Part shown: positions 9,271-19,176 of the stretch, one piece after another
How the letters are laid out: each line of letters opens with the position of its first letter
How positions within the stretch are numbered: the first letter of the stretch is position 1
Source of the DNA: Nitrospiraceae bacterium
Lineage (GTDB): Bacteria > Nitrospirota > Nitrospiria > Nitrospirales > Nitrospiraceae
DNA length: 47,465 nucleotides
Direction of reading: 5' to 3'
Assembly (NCBI GenBank): GCA_037442105.1
Contig: JBBIQV010000023.1
Location: 1-47,465 of the forward strand
The notes under the pieces: model-generated
What the model was told of the DNA's origin: nothing
Database searches by the model: none
The model's input: only the letters and a program-made list of their open reading frames with translations
Program-made: the position numbers and the translations under genes

Positions 9271-9903
9271 TCACACTGTAGTCGCCATCGCATCGAGTAA
9301 TGATCGTGTCGCCATTTCGACATCGCCCTCGCTCAAGATGGACGAGATAACCGCCACGCCGAACGCGCCGGCCCGGCGCACCTCGGGCACACGCGCCGGC
9401 GTGATGCCGCCGATGGCGAAGATCGGAATTCGGCAGCGGAAGGATGCCTCTTCTAGAACGCGAAGCCCGAGAGGATCGCCGTACCGCCGTTTCGACGGCG
9501 TGTCATAGATAGGGCCCAGCACCGCGAAGTCCGCTCCCCCCTTCTCTGCTTCCACGACATCCTGGGTCGAATGAGTCGAAACGCCGATCCACCTCGTCGG
9601 CCCAAGCAATCGTCGAACGACAGAGACGGGCAAGCTGTCGGCTCTCAGATGCACGCCGGCCGCCCCCACCGACTCAACGACATCGACCCGGTCGTTCACG
9701 AATAACTTGGTGCCGTGCTGTTGCGAAAGACCTTGCAACTCCCGCGCGAGCGACAGCAAGTCGCGCGGCTCAAGATCGCGTTCCCGCAACTGAATAGCAG
9801 GGGCGCCGGCTCGAAGCGATCGCACAAGCAACTCACGAAGAGGCCGCCCCTTGGTCTGGTGACGATCCGTAACCAAATACAAACGGAAATCAACGGGTGG
9901 CAT
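9271..9903 (-). CDS. thiE: Thiamine-phosphate synthase (ThiE/TenI family)
   Basis: LYLVTDR, IQLRE, VNDRVD, GVHL, STHS, AIGGI; directly downstream of thiG; ATG 9903. Confidence 0.85.
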   Translation of the reverse strand: MPPVDFRLYLVTDRHQTKGRPLRELLVRSLRAGAPAIQLRERDLEPRDLLSLARELQGLSQQHGTKLFVNDRVDVVESVGAAGVHLRADSLPVSVVRRLLGPTRWIGVSTHSTQDVVEAEKGGADFAVLGPIYDTPSKRRYGDPLGLRVLEEASFRCRIPIFAIGGITPARVPEVRRAGAFGVAVISSILSEGDVEMATRSLLDAMATTV

Positions 9904-9911
9904 TCTTGCGG

Positions 9912-10682
9912 TTAAAGCATTCCCTCGATCGGGCTGCTGGCCGTTGCATACAGTTTCCGGGGAATACGGCCCGCCATATACGCTAAGCGGCCCGCATATA
10001 CCGCATATTTCATCGCCTCGGCCATCGCAAGGGGATTCTGTGCGCCGGCAATCGCCGTATTCATCAGCACTGCGTCGGCGCCATACTCCATGGCAAGCGC
10101 AGCATCGGAAGCCGTTCCTACCCCTGCGTCTACGATCACGGGCACCTTGACCGTTTCCATGATGATTTTGAGGTTGTACGGGTTGCGAATGCCGAGGCCG
10201 GAACCGATCGGCGCCGCCAGCGGCATGACGGCGGGACAGCCGATGTCCACCAGTTTCTTGGCGACCACCGGATCGTCGTTCGTATAGGGCAATACGACGA
10301 AGCCTTCCTTGATCAGAATCTTGGCCGCTTCGATCAGCCCAGCCGTATCGGGGAACAGCGTACGCTCGTCCCCGATCACCTCCAACTTGACGAGATCCGA
10401 TACCCCGGCCGCTCGCGCCAGTCGCGCATAGCGGACAGCATCTTCGACGGTGTAGCACCCGGCTGTATTCGGCAGGATCGTGTACTTCTTCGGATCAACA
10501 TAATCAAGGAGGTTCTCGCGAGAGCGGTCCGTGATGTTCACCCGCCGAACCGCCACGGTCACCACGTCTGCACCAGAAGCCTCAATCGCCTTCTGCGTCT
10601 CGATGAAGTCCTTGTATTTTCCCGTGCCGACCCAGAGCCGCGACTTAAACTCCCGGCCCGCAATCACCAATCGATCGTTCAT
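9912..10682 (-). CDS. thiG: Thiazole synthase
   Basis: [46 protein letters not shown]. Confidence 0.97.
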   Translation of the reverse strand: MNDRLVIAGREFKSRLWVGTGKYKDFIETQKAIEASGADVVTVAVRRVNITDRSRENLLDYVDPKKYTILPNTAGCYTVEDAVRYARLARAAGVSDLVKLEVIGDERTLFPDTAGLIEAAKILIKEGFVVLPYTNDDPVVAKKLVDIGCPAVMPLAAPIGSGLGIRNPYNLKIIMETVKVPVIVDAGVGTASDAALAMEYGADAVLMNTAIAGAQNPLAMAEAMKYAVYAGRLAYMAGRIPRKLYATASSPIEGML

Positions 10683-10796
10683 GGCATTTCACCATTCCTT
10701 GCAACGGAGGCCGTCGAGGGAGCCTCCACTTGCGCGCGTCGAACGAGCACCGTTTCCTCACGCGGGTTCCTCTTTTTCCCGCCATCTGCCACCATT

Positions 10797-10891
10797 GGGG
10801 TGCGACCGTGCTGGTCCCCACTGCGCGCGTCCAGCGAGCACATTCTGATGTGCGGGCTGCGCGAGCACTGGGACCAGCACGGTCGCACCCC
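10797..10891. repeat. REP-like palindromic element between thiS and thiG
   Basis: 22-bp perfect inverted repeat ggggtgcgaccgtgctggtccc (10797-10818) / gggaccagcacggtcgcacccc (10870-10891); the core tgcgcgcgtc...cgagcac is partly repeated near 10731-10750. Confidence 0.75.
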
Positions 10892-11112
10892 TATCTCCCA
10901 CTTCCTCCACCGATAAAACTCAAAATCTCCACCCGATCGCCATCCTGAAGGCTCCTGGTGGAGAAGTCGTTCCGGTCCACGATCTCAAGGTTCAGCTCCA
11001 CCGCGACACGATCCGGCTTGAGATCCAGATCTCGCAACAGATCGGCGATGGTGCGATCCTGGCCCCACCCACGCGCCTCGCCATTGACCTGAATCTGAAT
11101 CGTGCTCGGCAT
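10891..11112 (-). CDS. thiS: Sulfur carrier protein ThiS
   Basis: IQVNGE, VAVELN, GDRVEILSFIGGG; upstream of thiG. Confidence 0.93.
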   Translation of the reverse strand: MPSTIQIQVNGEARGWGQDRTIADLLRDLDLKPDRVAVELNLEIVDRNDFSTRSLQDGDRVEILSFIGGGSGR

Positions 11113-11118
11113 TGCGTC

Positions 11119-11148
11119 ATCCTAGGGGACCCGAAAACCCCTTGTCAA
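11119..11148 (-). promoter_or_regulatory. Putative sigma70 promoter giving a leaderless thiS mRNA
   Basis: TTGACA-18-TAGGAT with only 6 nt between the -10 and the thiS ATG. Confidence 0.55.
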
Positions 11149-11218
11149 CCAAGGTCCGAAGCAACTGGAAGTCTGCCGCGTGGCCCGCTAGGATGGTCTG
11201 GTCTCTTTGGAGTCGCCC

Positions 11219-11689
11219 ATGCACAAGCAGAACCAGCGTCTGGCCGCGCTCTTTCGAGCGCTGGCGGATCGGCTCGCTACACAACGAGCCAATCCGTACC
11301 GGATTCGCGCCTACCGCCGCGCCGCCGATTCGATTTTGGCTTTACGCGAGGAGATCACGGCAGTTGCCGCACGAGGAACTCTCGAGGATATTCCCGGTGT
11401 AGGACGAGACCTTGCCGCGAAAATTCAAGAGTTCCTCGCCACCGGAACGATACGGGCCTATGAAGAATTAGACCAGCCGCTACCCGAAGAAGTGGCCGTC
11501 TGGAAGACGCTCCCCGGGCTGTCGGAATCGCTTATCGGGTATCTGTTCTACCGACTTGGTATTCGAACGCTGGCTGATCTTGAAACCCTGGTCCAGTCCC
11601 ATCTGCTTCGTACGACGCCGGGGTTTACCGGTTCGGAAGATTCACTGCTTCGTGCCATCGCAGCCATGCGGAAGACACATCCTGATTAG
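11219..11689 (+). CDS. Stand-alone PolX-like N-terminal (8-kDa/HhH) domain protein
   Basis: NPYRIRAYRRAA, DIPGVGRDLAAKIQE (HhH), LGIRTLADLE; no polymerase or PHP domain; SD GGAG before ATG 11219. Confidence 0.75.
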   Translation: MHKQNQRLAALFRALADRLATQRANPYRIRAYRRAADSILALREEITAVAARGTLEDIPGVGRDLAAKIQEFLATGTIRAYEELDQPLPEEVAVWKTLPGLSESLIGYLFYRLGIRTLADLETLVQSHLLRTTPGFTGSEDSLLRAIAAMRKTHPD

Positions 11690-13035
11690 GAGGGCCGAAG
11701 CTCCTTGAAGATCTTCCACGTCTTGAGCAGCTCGACAGCCTTCTGTAACTGGACATCTTCTTCAAGGGACGGCTCGCCCGCCGCCTCGCCCCCAGGCTGA
11801 GTGCCGTTGCGGTGCGACGAATCGTCCGGTGCACGACCTGCTGGTAAGGCAGACTCCTTGTCTTTTTCTTTGCCACCGGACGGTTTGACGGCCTTCGCCT
11901 CTGCTTCTTTGTCACCAACCTTTGCAACGGCTACCGGTTGCACCTTCACCACGATGTCGGGAGTGATGCCGGTCGATTGGATGGAACGGCCCTTCGGCGT
12001 ATAGTACTTGGCCGTTGTCAAACGCAGGCCCGACCCATCTCCTAACGGCAAGATCGTCTGGACCGACCCTTTGCCGAACGTCGTAGTCCCCACCACCACA
12101 GCCCGCCCATAGTCCTGCAACGCGCCGGCGACGATTTCTGATGCGCTGGCCGACCCTTCATTGACGAGGACGATCATCGGATAATCCTCGAGTTGCTCCT
12201 TGGTCTTCGAGAACCACTCGTCCTTTTTCCCATCCCGGCTCTTGGTGTAGACAATCAGTTTGCCGCTCCCCACAAACTGCTCGGAGACGTCCACGGCCGC
12301 GGTCAGTAACCCGCCGGGATTGTTCCGAAGATCTAGAATTGTGGATTGCAATTTCTGTTCACGGAATTGCTTTAGAGCGCGGGTGAGATCCTTCCCCGTC
12401 GCCTCCTGGAACTGCGTGAGGCGAACATAGCCGATCGTGTTGTCGATCACCTTGGATTTCACGCTCTCGATCTTGATGATGTCCCGCACCAGCGTGAACA
12501 CAAGCGGATCCTGCACACCGTCTCGCTGGACCGTCAGGTTCACCTTCGTGCCTTTAGGCCCGCGCATTTTCTGGACGGCGTCCATGAGCGTGAGGTCCTT
12601 CGTCGATTCATCGTTCACCCTTGTAATGTAGTCTCCCGCCTTGATTCCAGCCCGGTGTGCGGGAGTGCCTTCGATCGGTGCAATGACGGCCAGGCGGTTT
12701 TCCTTCACGCCGATCTGGATGCCGACGCCGCCGAACTCGCCCTTCGTTTCGACCTGCATTTCTTTGTACATGTCCGGCGTCATGTAGGCCGAATGAGGAT
12801 CGAGCGTGGAGAGCATCCCCCGGATCGCGCCTTGGACCAGATCCTTGGGTTTGGTCTCGTCGACATAATGCTTCTGGATCTGGCTCAGCACTTCGGAGAA
12901 CGTTTTCAGCTCCTCGTACGTCTCCGTCGCGTGTCCGGTCCGTTCCCAACCTTTGCCGATGAGGACCCCCGCGATCAAGGCAATAATCAACACCGGGCCC
13001 ACAAACCAGGTTCTGCGCCGCGGTTGCTGTTCCAT
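11686..13035 (-). CDS. ctpA: Carboxyl-terminal processing protease (S41A, PDZ)
   Basis: LDPHSAY, PDZ GVGIQI, DLRNNPGGLL, SASASEIVAGALQD, TFGKGSVQ; SD AAGGA before ATG 13035. Confidence 0.92.
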   Translation of the reverse strand: MEQQPRRRTWFVGPVLIIALIAGVLIGKGWERTGHATETYEELKTFSEVLSQIQKHYVDETKPKDLVQGAIRGMLSTLDPHSAYMTPDMYKEMQVETKGEFGGVGIQIGVKENRLAVIAPIEGTPAHRAGIKAGDYITRVNDESTKDLTLMDAVQKMRGPKGTKVNLTVQRDGVQDPLVFTLVRDIIKIESVKSKVIDNTIGYVRLTQFQEATGKDLTRALKQFREQKLQSTILDLRNNPGGLLTAAVDVSEQFVGSGKLIVYTKSRDGKKDEWFSKTKEQLEDYPMIVLVNEGSASASEIVAGALQDYGRAVVVGTTTFGKGSVQTILPLGDGSGLRLTTAKYYTPKGRSIQSTGITPDIVVKVQPVAVAKVGDKEAEAKAVKPSGGKEKDKESALPAGRAPDDSSHRNGTQPGGEAAGEPSLEEDVQLQKAVELLKTWKIFKELRPS

Positions 13036-13060
13036 AGCCACTCGTTCCTTTCTTGCCGGT

Positions 13061-14254
13061 CTACGGCCGTTTGGCCAACCACTGGAGGGGATCGACCGCT
13101 TCCGTCCCCTCACGAAACTCAAAATAGAGTGTATGTTCCCCGATCATTCCCGTATCGCCGGACTCGCCGATCACCTGCCCAACATCGACCCGCTGTCCCA
13201 CCGCCGTCAGAAGTTTGGACGCATGGGCGTACAGTGAGAAGAAACCGTTGGCATGATCCAAGATTATAACCAGTCCGTAGCCTTTCAACCAGTCCGCATA
13301 TGCAACCGTCCCCGGCATGACGGCCCGGATGTCGCTCCCTTCGGTCGTGCGAATTTCGATCCCCTTGCGCTGAATGTAGGTGTTAAAGGCAGGGTGCTTC
13401 TGGCGGCCGAAGAACGACACCACCTCCCCGTCAGTCGGCCAGGGCAGCGCTCCTTTGACTCCGCGCGGCAGAGTAGGAGCGACCTTAGGGCGGGCGGCCA
13501 TTGCCCGCCGGCGTTCTTCCAGCTCGCGAAGCAAACCGTCCACCCGAGCAGCCGACCGTTCGAGCTCTTCGACCGCTCGTTCGAACGACTCCTTCTGCTG
13601 GGTGATCTTGGACAAATAGACGCGCTTTTCCTTCTGCAGCTCCTGTATTTCGGTGAGCTTCTTTTCGGTTCCTTCTCGATAAGCCAGCATGCCCATCCGC
13701 GCCTCAGCCCGTTGCTGCTCAGCCAGTTCCGTCTGTGCGACGTTCTTCCGATACGACTCGATGATCTCATACTCGCGCCGGGACACCGCCGAAAGGTACT
13801 GGAACCGCCGCTGAAAATCCGCATATGAGGCCGAAGCCAGCAAAGTCTTCAAGTAGCCCAGCCGCCCTTCCCGATACTGAAGACGGAGTCGCGTCAGGAT
13901 CGCCTCGCGCCGGTCCTCAATGCCGGAGCGGAGGGTATTCAGTTGCGCGCTGATCTCTTGGATCTCCTGGTCCTTCTTTTTAAGCCGGCGGGTGATATCA
14001 TGATATTCCTGTCGATAGCGGACCAATCGTTCATCCAGCGTCTGGAGCCCCTGGAGCACCGACTCCCGCTTCTTCTCCGCTTCATCGGCTCGCCGGCGCT
14101 TCTCTTCGATCTTATCTTTCAACTTTTCGAGCGTCTTCCGCTCCTGCTCGATTTTATCCGAAATCGAATCCTTCCGATCATTCTCTGCAAAGGCCGTGGA
14201 GCCGAGTGCAAGGGCTACCGTCAGCACGGCAAGATGCTGCACGATCCGTTTCAT
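13061..14254 (-). CDS. envC: Murein hydrolase activator EnvC (coiled coil + M23/LytM)
   Basis: Signal peptide, long coiled coil, LPWP...KGIEI...YAH...GDTG; ATGA overlap with ftsX. Confidence 0.85.
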   Translation of the reverse strand: MKRIVQHLAVLTVALALGSTAFAENDRKDSISDKIEQERKTLEKLKDKIEEKRRRADEAEKKRESVLQGLQTLDERLVRYRQEYHDITRRLKKKDQEIQEISAQLNTLRSGIEDRREAILTRLRLQYREGRLGYLKTLLASASYADFQRRFQYLSAVSRREYEIIESYRKNVAQTELAEQQRAEARMGMLAYREGTEKKLTEIQELQKEKRVYLSKITQQKESFERAVEELERSAARVDGLLRELEERRRAMAARPKVAPTLPRGVKGALPWPTDGEVVSFFGRQKHPAFNTYIQRKGIEIRTTEGSDIRAVMPGTVAYADWLKGYGLVIILDHANGFFSLYAHASKLLTAVGQRVDVGQVIGESGDTGMIGEHTLYFEFREGTEAVDPLQWLAKRP

Positions 14255-15150
14255 ACCCGCTCCTCGCTGAACCGAAGCAACGACGCGAAACTTCCGGCGA
14301 ACCCCAATACCACGCCGACCGCCACCAAGAGCGCACAGATATGAAGGGGAAAGAACGTGAGCCAAGTTTCCACGCCGAGGAAATGAGGCCCCGATCGAGC
14401 CTGTTGGCGGAACAGTTCGAAACCGACCTTCAACATTGCCAACGACAACGCGCTTCCCAACGCACCCAGCAGTGCCCCCTCCAGCAGGTAGGGAATCCGA
14501 ATGAACGCCTTGGTGGCGCCGATGAGCCGCAAGATTTCGATCTCATCCCGCCGCGTATAGAGCGTCAGCCGAATCGTGTTGGCAATGATCGTAACCGAAG
14601 CCGTCGAGAGGACGAACCCCACCCCGATAGCCGCCAGCTCGATATAACGGGCGATGGTTGTCAAGGTTTCGATCCAGTCTTGGTTATACTCGACTTGCGC
14701 GACCCCCGGAAGCGATGTGGTTCGCTCCGCCCACCGTTTCACGGCGTCGGGCACGTGAAATTGCGGCGCCAGCTTCACGACGAAGGACGCCGGCAGCGGA
14801 TTCTGACCAAGCCCTTCTAATAAGTGGGACTCCGACGGGAACTGCGTTTGGAACTCCGCAAGCGCCTGTTCTTTGGACACATACGTCACCGAGGCGACCG
14901 CCCGATCAGACTTCAACAATTTGTCGAGGTCCGCGATCCCCTCTTGGGGTAAACTGTCGGCGACATAAATGACGACCTTTACATCTTCCTGCAAGGCGCC
15001 GGCCAGCGCCCGCAGATTCACGTACAGAAGCAGAAAGACGCCTACACAGGCGAATGTGAAAGCGGTCGTGGCAATGGCCACGATGGTCGTCGTGCGATTG
15101 GTTCGCACATTCGCGTACGCTTCGCGCAACAAATAGAAAAGCCTCCTCAT
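14251..15150 (-). CDS. ftsX: Cell division permease FtsX
   Basis: YVSKEQAL, NPLPAS, IANTIRL, EIEILRLIGAT...PYLLEG. Confidence 0.92.
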   Translation of the reverse strand: MRRLFYLLREAYANVRTNRTTTIVAIATTAFTFACVGVFLLLYVNLRALAGALQEDVKVVIYVADSLPQEGIADLDKLLKSDRAVASVTYVSKEQALAEFQTQFPSESHLLEGLGQNPLPASFVVKLAPQFHVPDAVKRWAERTTSLPGVAQVEYNQDWIETLTTIARYIELAAIGVGFVLSTASVTIIANTIRLTLYTRRDEIEILRLIGATKAFIRIPYLLEGALLGALGSALSLAMLKVGFELFRQQARSGPHFLGVETWLTFFPLHICALLVAVGVVLGFAGSFASLLRFSEERV

Positions 15151-15815
15151 GCGCCAACCCGTTGCTCCTGCCTCACGCGGCCCTGCTCCAATGTGACTAC
15201 CCGGCGGTTGGCCTGGGCCATCACCTGGGGATCGTGCGTGGCCACCATGACCGTCGTTCCTCGGGCATTGATCAGCTTGAAGAGTTCGATGATCTCGCTC
15301 GTCAGTTCAGGGTCCAAATTCCCGGTCGGTTCGTCCGCCAGCAGGATGATCGGACCATTCACGATCGCGCGGGCGATACAGACGCGCTGCTGTTCGCCAG
15401 TCGAGAGGCTCGTCGGCAACTGTTCTTTCTTGTGCTCAACCCCCACCGCTTTCAAGGCTTCGCCGACTTTCCGCCTGACCTCGCTGCTCGATGCGCCCTG
15501 CACAAGCAGCGGCAACGCGACATTGTCGAAGACGGTTTTTTTCTGCAGCAGCCGGAAGTCCTGAAAGACGATCCCCATACGCCGGCGCAGGTAGGGGATC
15601 TCCGGCGGTTTGAGCTTGGTAATATTCCGGCCTTGAATCAGGATCTGCCCTTCATCGGGACGCTCAGCCCCGATCAGCAACCGCAGCAACGTAGATTTTC
15701 CTGCCCCGCTCGGCCCCATCAGGAGGACGAACTCCCCTTTCTCGACTTCCAGTGTGATATCGGCCAGCGCCGTACGCCGGTCATACACTTTAGAGACTTG
15801 AAGGAGTTGAATCAT
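15147..15815 (-). CDS. ftsE: Cell division ATP-binding protein FtsE
   Basis: GPSGAGKST, VFQDFRLL, LSTGEQQR, ADEPTGNLD, ATHD; coupled to ftsX. Confidence 0.93.
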   Translation of the reverse strand: MIQLLQVSKVYDRRTALADITLEVEKGEFVLLMGPSGAGKSTLLRLLIGAERPDEGQILIQGRNITKLKPPEIPYLRRRMGIVFQDFRLLQKKTVFDNVALPLLVQGASSSEVRRKVGEALKAVGVEHKKEQLPTSLSTGEQQRVCIARAIVNGPIILLADEPTGNLDPELTSEIIELFKLINARGTTVMVATHDPQVMAQANRRVVTLEQGRVRQEQRVGA

Positions 15816-15839
15816 GACGAAGTCCAGGAAGCAATCTGC

Positions 15840-16226
15840 TTACCACCGGAGATCCTCACCGGGAACCTCGAAAGCATTGGGAATGTGCTCGACGCGATCC
15901 CTGTTCCCACGTGAGGCATGCACGAGGACGACATCGAAACGACAAGGCTGGTCCCGCAGGCGATGCCGCGCGAGATACTGCGCTGCGAGACGGACGAGCC
16001 GCGCTTGCTTTCGCCTATCCACGGCATACACGGCACCGCCGAAGGCGTCGGTGCGGCGGGCCTTCACTTCCACGAACACCAAGACCTGACCATCTTGCGC
16101 AATCAGATCTACTTCGCCCACGGGCGACCGGACATTGCGCTCCAGGATACGATACCCTTTGCACCGTAGGTACCTTTCGGCATCCGATTCTCCCTGCCGC
16201 CCGAACACCTGCCGCGCATCCAGCAT
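15840..16226 (-). CDS. yraN: YraN family (UPF0102) endonuclease-like protein
   Basis: GESDAERYL, GEVDLIA, FVEVKAR, RFDVV. Confidence 0.9.
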   Translation of the reverse strand: MLDARQVFGRQGESDAERYLRCKGYRILERNVRSPVGEVDLIAQDGQVLVFVEVKARRTDAFGGAVYAVDRRKQARLVRLAAQYLARHRLRDQPCRFDVVLVHASRGNRDRVEHIPNAFEVPGEDLRW

Positions 16227-16241
16227 AGCACCTCTAGCGAT

Positions 16242-16883
16242 TCAGCGACCAGCGAGTGCCCGTTGTTCCTCCGCCCACGCCGGACACTGTCGCACCGGAC
16301 GAAACGAGCGCCGATGGATGGCACAGGGACCATGCTCGGCAAGCAGCCGAAGATGCTCCTCCGTGCCGTATCCCTTATGGGACCGGAAGTTATATTGCGG
16401 ATACGTACGATCGAGCTCGACCATCAGGCGATCGCGGGTCACCTTGGCAATGATCGACGCAGCAGCGATGGAAACCGACAAGCCGTCGCCCTTGATGATC
16501 GGCCGTTGTGGGATTCCCTGACAGGGAACAGTCACGGCATCGGTCAGGAGGAAATCGGGAAGCGGAGCGATCGCCTGGACCGCTCGCCTCATTGCAAGAC
16601 GCGTCGCCTCCAGAATATTCACGGCGTCGATCTCCTGCTCGCTCGCCGATCCGATGCCGACGGCAAGAGCGCGTTGCACGATTACAGCGTACAGCTCCTC
16701 CCGCTCCGACGCGGTGAGTTGCTTGGAATCGTGGAGACCGATGAGCCGAATGCGCGCGGGGAGAACCACAGCCGCCGCCACGACGGGTCCCGCGAGGGGG
16801 CCCCGTCCGGCCTCATCGAGACCGGCAACCCAGCGATAGCCACACCGCCGAGCTTCCGTCTCAAAGTCATCGGTGGGGCCCAT
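16242..16883 (-). CDS. rnhB: Ribonuclease HII
   Basis: GLDEAGRGPLAGPV, DSKQL, IAAASIIAKVTRD, HKGYGT, HRRSF; SD AGGAGG before ATG 16883. Confidence 0.95.
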   Translation of the reverse strand: MGPTDDFETEARRCGYRWVAGLDEAGRGPLAGPVVAAAVVLPARIRLIGLHDSKQLTASEREELYAVIVQRALAVGIGSASEQEIDAVNILEATRLAMRRAVQAIAPLPDFLLTDAVTVPCQGIPQRPIIKGDGLSVSIAAASIIAKVTRDRLMVELDRTYPQYNFRSHKGYGTEEHLRLLAEHGPCAIHRRSFRPVRQCPAWAEEQRALAGR

Positions 16884-16982
16884 GCGGGTCCTCCTGAGTC
16901 GGTTACCCGATGGAATCTCTACGCGATCGGCGCATTCGGCAGAAAAATGGGATGAGAACTGGGCTAAGAACGAAGCGTGCAA

Positions 16983-17399
16983 TCACTCGGTCGGTGCGGC
17001 CTTTTCCGTTGCATCAGTCCGACCGGCATTACCAGCCTGGGCTTTGGTTTCACCGGAAAACTCGCGATCTTCCACTTTGGCAAACTTGCCTTTTTTCCCC
17101 CGGAGATAATACAGCTTGGCGCGCCGGACCTTGCCCTGGCGGACGACGTCGATCTTCGTCACAATCGGCGAATGAACCGGGAAAATTCGCTCCACCCCGA
17201 CACCATAGGACACTTTGCGCACCGTGAAGGTTTCGCTGTTGAGCGCCCCTTTTCGTGCGATGACGGTCCCCTCATACACCTGAATCCGTTCTTTTTCGCC
17301 CTCCACCACCTTGACGTGCACGCGCACCGTATCCCCTATTTGGAACACGGGCACGGTCTTTTTCGTCAGGGATCGCTGGATCCGTTCCAACCGATTCAT
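16983..17399 (-). CDS. rplS: 50S ribosomal protein L19
   Basis: [38 protein letters not shown]. Confidence 0.97.
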   Translation of the reverse strand: MNRLERIQRSLTKKTVPVFQIGDTVRVHVKVVEGEKERIQVYEGTVIARKGALNSETFTVRKVSYGVGVERIFPVHSPIVTKIDVVRQGKVRRAKLYYLRGKKGKFAKVEDREFSGETKAQAGNAGRTDATEKAAPTE

Positions 17400-17403
17400 G
17401 ACT

Positions 17404-18192
17404 TCACCCCTCCTCCCCACACTGAATGGACATGTCCGTCACGCCCTCTCGCAGAATGTCGTTCAGCAGTCGTTGATCTTCTATATTGAGCACACGATCT
17501 CGAAGCAAGTCCGGACGTTTCAGATACGTACGGCGTAAGGCCTCGCGCCGACGCCAGAGACGGATTGCTTCGTGATGCCCGGACAGCAGAACTTCGGGCA
17601 CCGTCATCCCGCGAAGTTCCGCCGGTCGCGTGTACTGTGGATACTCCAGCAACGACTCGGTGAAAGATTCCTCCGCGATGGACTCCGGATCGCCAAGCAC
17701 GCCGGGAACCAGACGAGCCGTCGCATCGATCATGACCAGAGCCGGCAATTCTCCCCCGGTCAGCACGTAGTCACCGATCGAGATCTCTTCCGGTTGAAAC
17801 CCGATGCGTACCCGTTCATCGATCCCTTCATAATGGCCGCAGAGAAACACCAACCGCCGCGGTTCACAGGCCAGTTGCCGAGCGAGATCCTGGGTGAACG
17901 GTCGTCCCTGGGGAGATGGGAGCAACACACGCAACAACGTGCCGGGTGTCCTCTCGCCGTATTCCGTCCGTAGCGATTCCACAGCACGAAAAATTGGCTC
18001 GGCCTTCATGACCATCCCAGCCCCGCCGCCATAGGGCACATCGTCGGCAGTCTTATGGCGGTCCACGGCGTACTTCCGAAGATTCCGCACGCGGACTTCC
18101 AGCAAGCCCTTCTCTTGGGCTCGCTTCAGGATGCTTTGCTCCAACACCGGCGCAACCATGCCGGGAAAGAGCGTCAGGACATCACACCGCAT
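17404..18192 (-). CDS. trmD: tRNA (guanine-N1)-methyltransferase
   Basis: [47 protein letters not shown]. Confidence 0.97.
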   Translation of the reverse strand: MRCDVLTLFPGMVAPVLEQSILKRAQEKGLLEVRVRNLRKYAVDRHKTADDVPYGGGAGMVMKAEPIFRAVESLRTEYGERTPGTLLRVLLPSPQGRPFTQDLARQLACEPRRLVFLCGHYEGIDERVRIGFQPEEISIGDYVLTGGELPALVMIDATARLVPGVLGDPESIAEESFTESLLEYPQYTRPAELRGMTVPEVLLSGHHEAIRLWRRREALRRTYLKRPDLLRDRVLNIEDQRLLNDILREGVTDMSIQCGEEG

Positions 18193-18715
18193 GGCGATCC
18201 TCCACCAGGACTTCCTTAACGCGAACGGTCAACATCCGCTCGGCTACTTTCACCGAGACAACCGCTCGCTTCGTGGCCGGTACAAGCAGTTCCTGCTCTT
18301 GCCGGCGCACAACCAGGACATGATGACCTGGCAAGTCCCATACCTCTTCCACCGTCCCGAGCGGACGGTTGTCTTCGTCCTGCACCGCCATGCCGATGAG
18401 ATCACCCTCATAATATTGCCCATCGGGCAATGCCGGAGACTGCTGCCACGGAACCTGAAGGAAGCCGCCTCGGAATGCCGCGGCTTCCTCGGGATTCGTA
18501 AATGCTTCCAGGCCAACGATGTACGAGCCGCCTCCCGCTCGCACATGGGTGACCCTGGTTGTGATCGTTGTCCCGTTCGGCGACACCAGCGTCACTGTTT
18601 TGAGTCCTTCAAACCGCCCCGGCACATCGCTCAACGACCGGACTCGAACCTCGCCGCGAACCCCGAACGTCCGCTCGATCTTGCCGATCGTGACGAGATC
18701 TGTAGTGTCGCTCAT
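18182..18715 (-). CDS. rimM: 16S rRNA processing protein RimM
   Basis: IGKIERTFGVRGEV, YYEGDLIG, PRC barrel; between rpsP and trmD. Confidence 0.92.
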   Translation of the reverse strand: MSDTTDLVTIGKIERTFGVRGEVRVRSLSDVPGRFEGLKTVTLVSPNGTTITTRVTHVRAGGGSYIVGLEAFTNPEEAAAFRGGFLQVPWQQSPALPDGQYYEGDLIGMAVQDEDNRPLGTVEEVWDLPGHHVLVVRRQEQELLVPATKRAVVSVKVAERMLTVRVKEVLVEDRHAV

Positions 18716-18793
18716 GATTGAAGACCATACGCTATCAGCCGTCAGCTTTCGCCGGGCACCTGCACCGCTGATAGCTGAACGTTGGGATCTTTT

Positions 18794-19078
18794 TCACGAC
18801 GCTTCCTTCTTCGCTGCCCGCTCGCTCTCAAACTGCTTCCAGAGCCCGGACCGCCGCAGCAATGTCCGAACTGTTACAGTCGGCTGCGCGCCTTGGCGAA
18901 GCCAGGTCAACACCCGCTCTTGTTTTAATTCCGGCAACGCCGGATTCTTGAGCGGATCGAAGATGCCGAGAATTTCCAGGAACCGTCCATCGCGGGGTTT
19001 CCGCGAATCCGTCGCCACTACTCGATAGAACGGCCGCTTGTGCCGTCCCGTCCGTGCAAGCCGTAAATGAACCGCCAC
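18794..19078 (-). CDS. rpsP: 30S ribosomal protein S16
   Basis: LRLARTGRHKRPFYRVVATDSR, RDGRFLE, GAQPTVTV; GTG start with SD AGGAGGAG. Confidence 0.97.
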   Translation of the reverse strand: MAVHLRLARTGRHKRPFYRVVATDSRKPRDGRFLEILGIFDPLKNPALPELKQERVLTWLRQGAQPTVTVRTLLRRSGLWKQFESERAAKKEAS

Positions 19079-19093
19079 GTCTCTCCTCCTGAA

Positions 19094-19173
19094 AGGTTAA
19101 GGTTAAGGCTGAGGTTGAGGCTGAGGCTGAAGAAAAGGCAATTTTCTATTCTCCTTAGCCTCAGCCTCGACCT
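19094..19173. repeat. Hexamer tandem-repeat hairpin between ffh and rpsP
   Basis: ggttaa ggttaa ggctga ggttga ggctga ggctga, followed by the complementary ccttag cctcag cctcga cct. Confidence 0.7.
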
Positions 19174-19176
19174 GCT

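Noticed and set aside
9904..10458. Apparent 395-aa ThiE with a long N-terminal extension
   Set aside because: The extension is an alternative frame of thiG; the real start is ATG 9903.
10679..10888. 69-aa ORF between thiS and thiG, considered as a small modifier protein
   Set aside because: It lies over the palindromic repeat element and has no Pup/UBact-like C-terminus.
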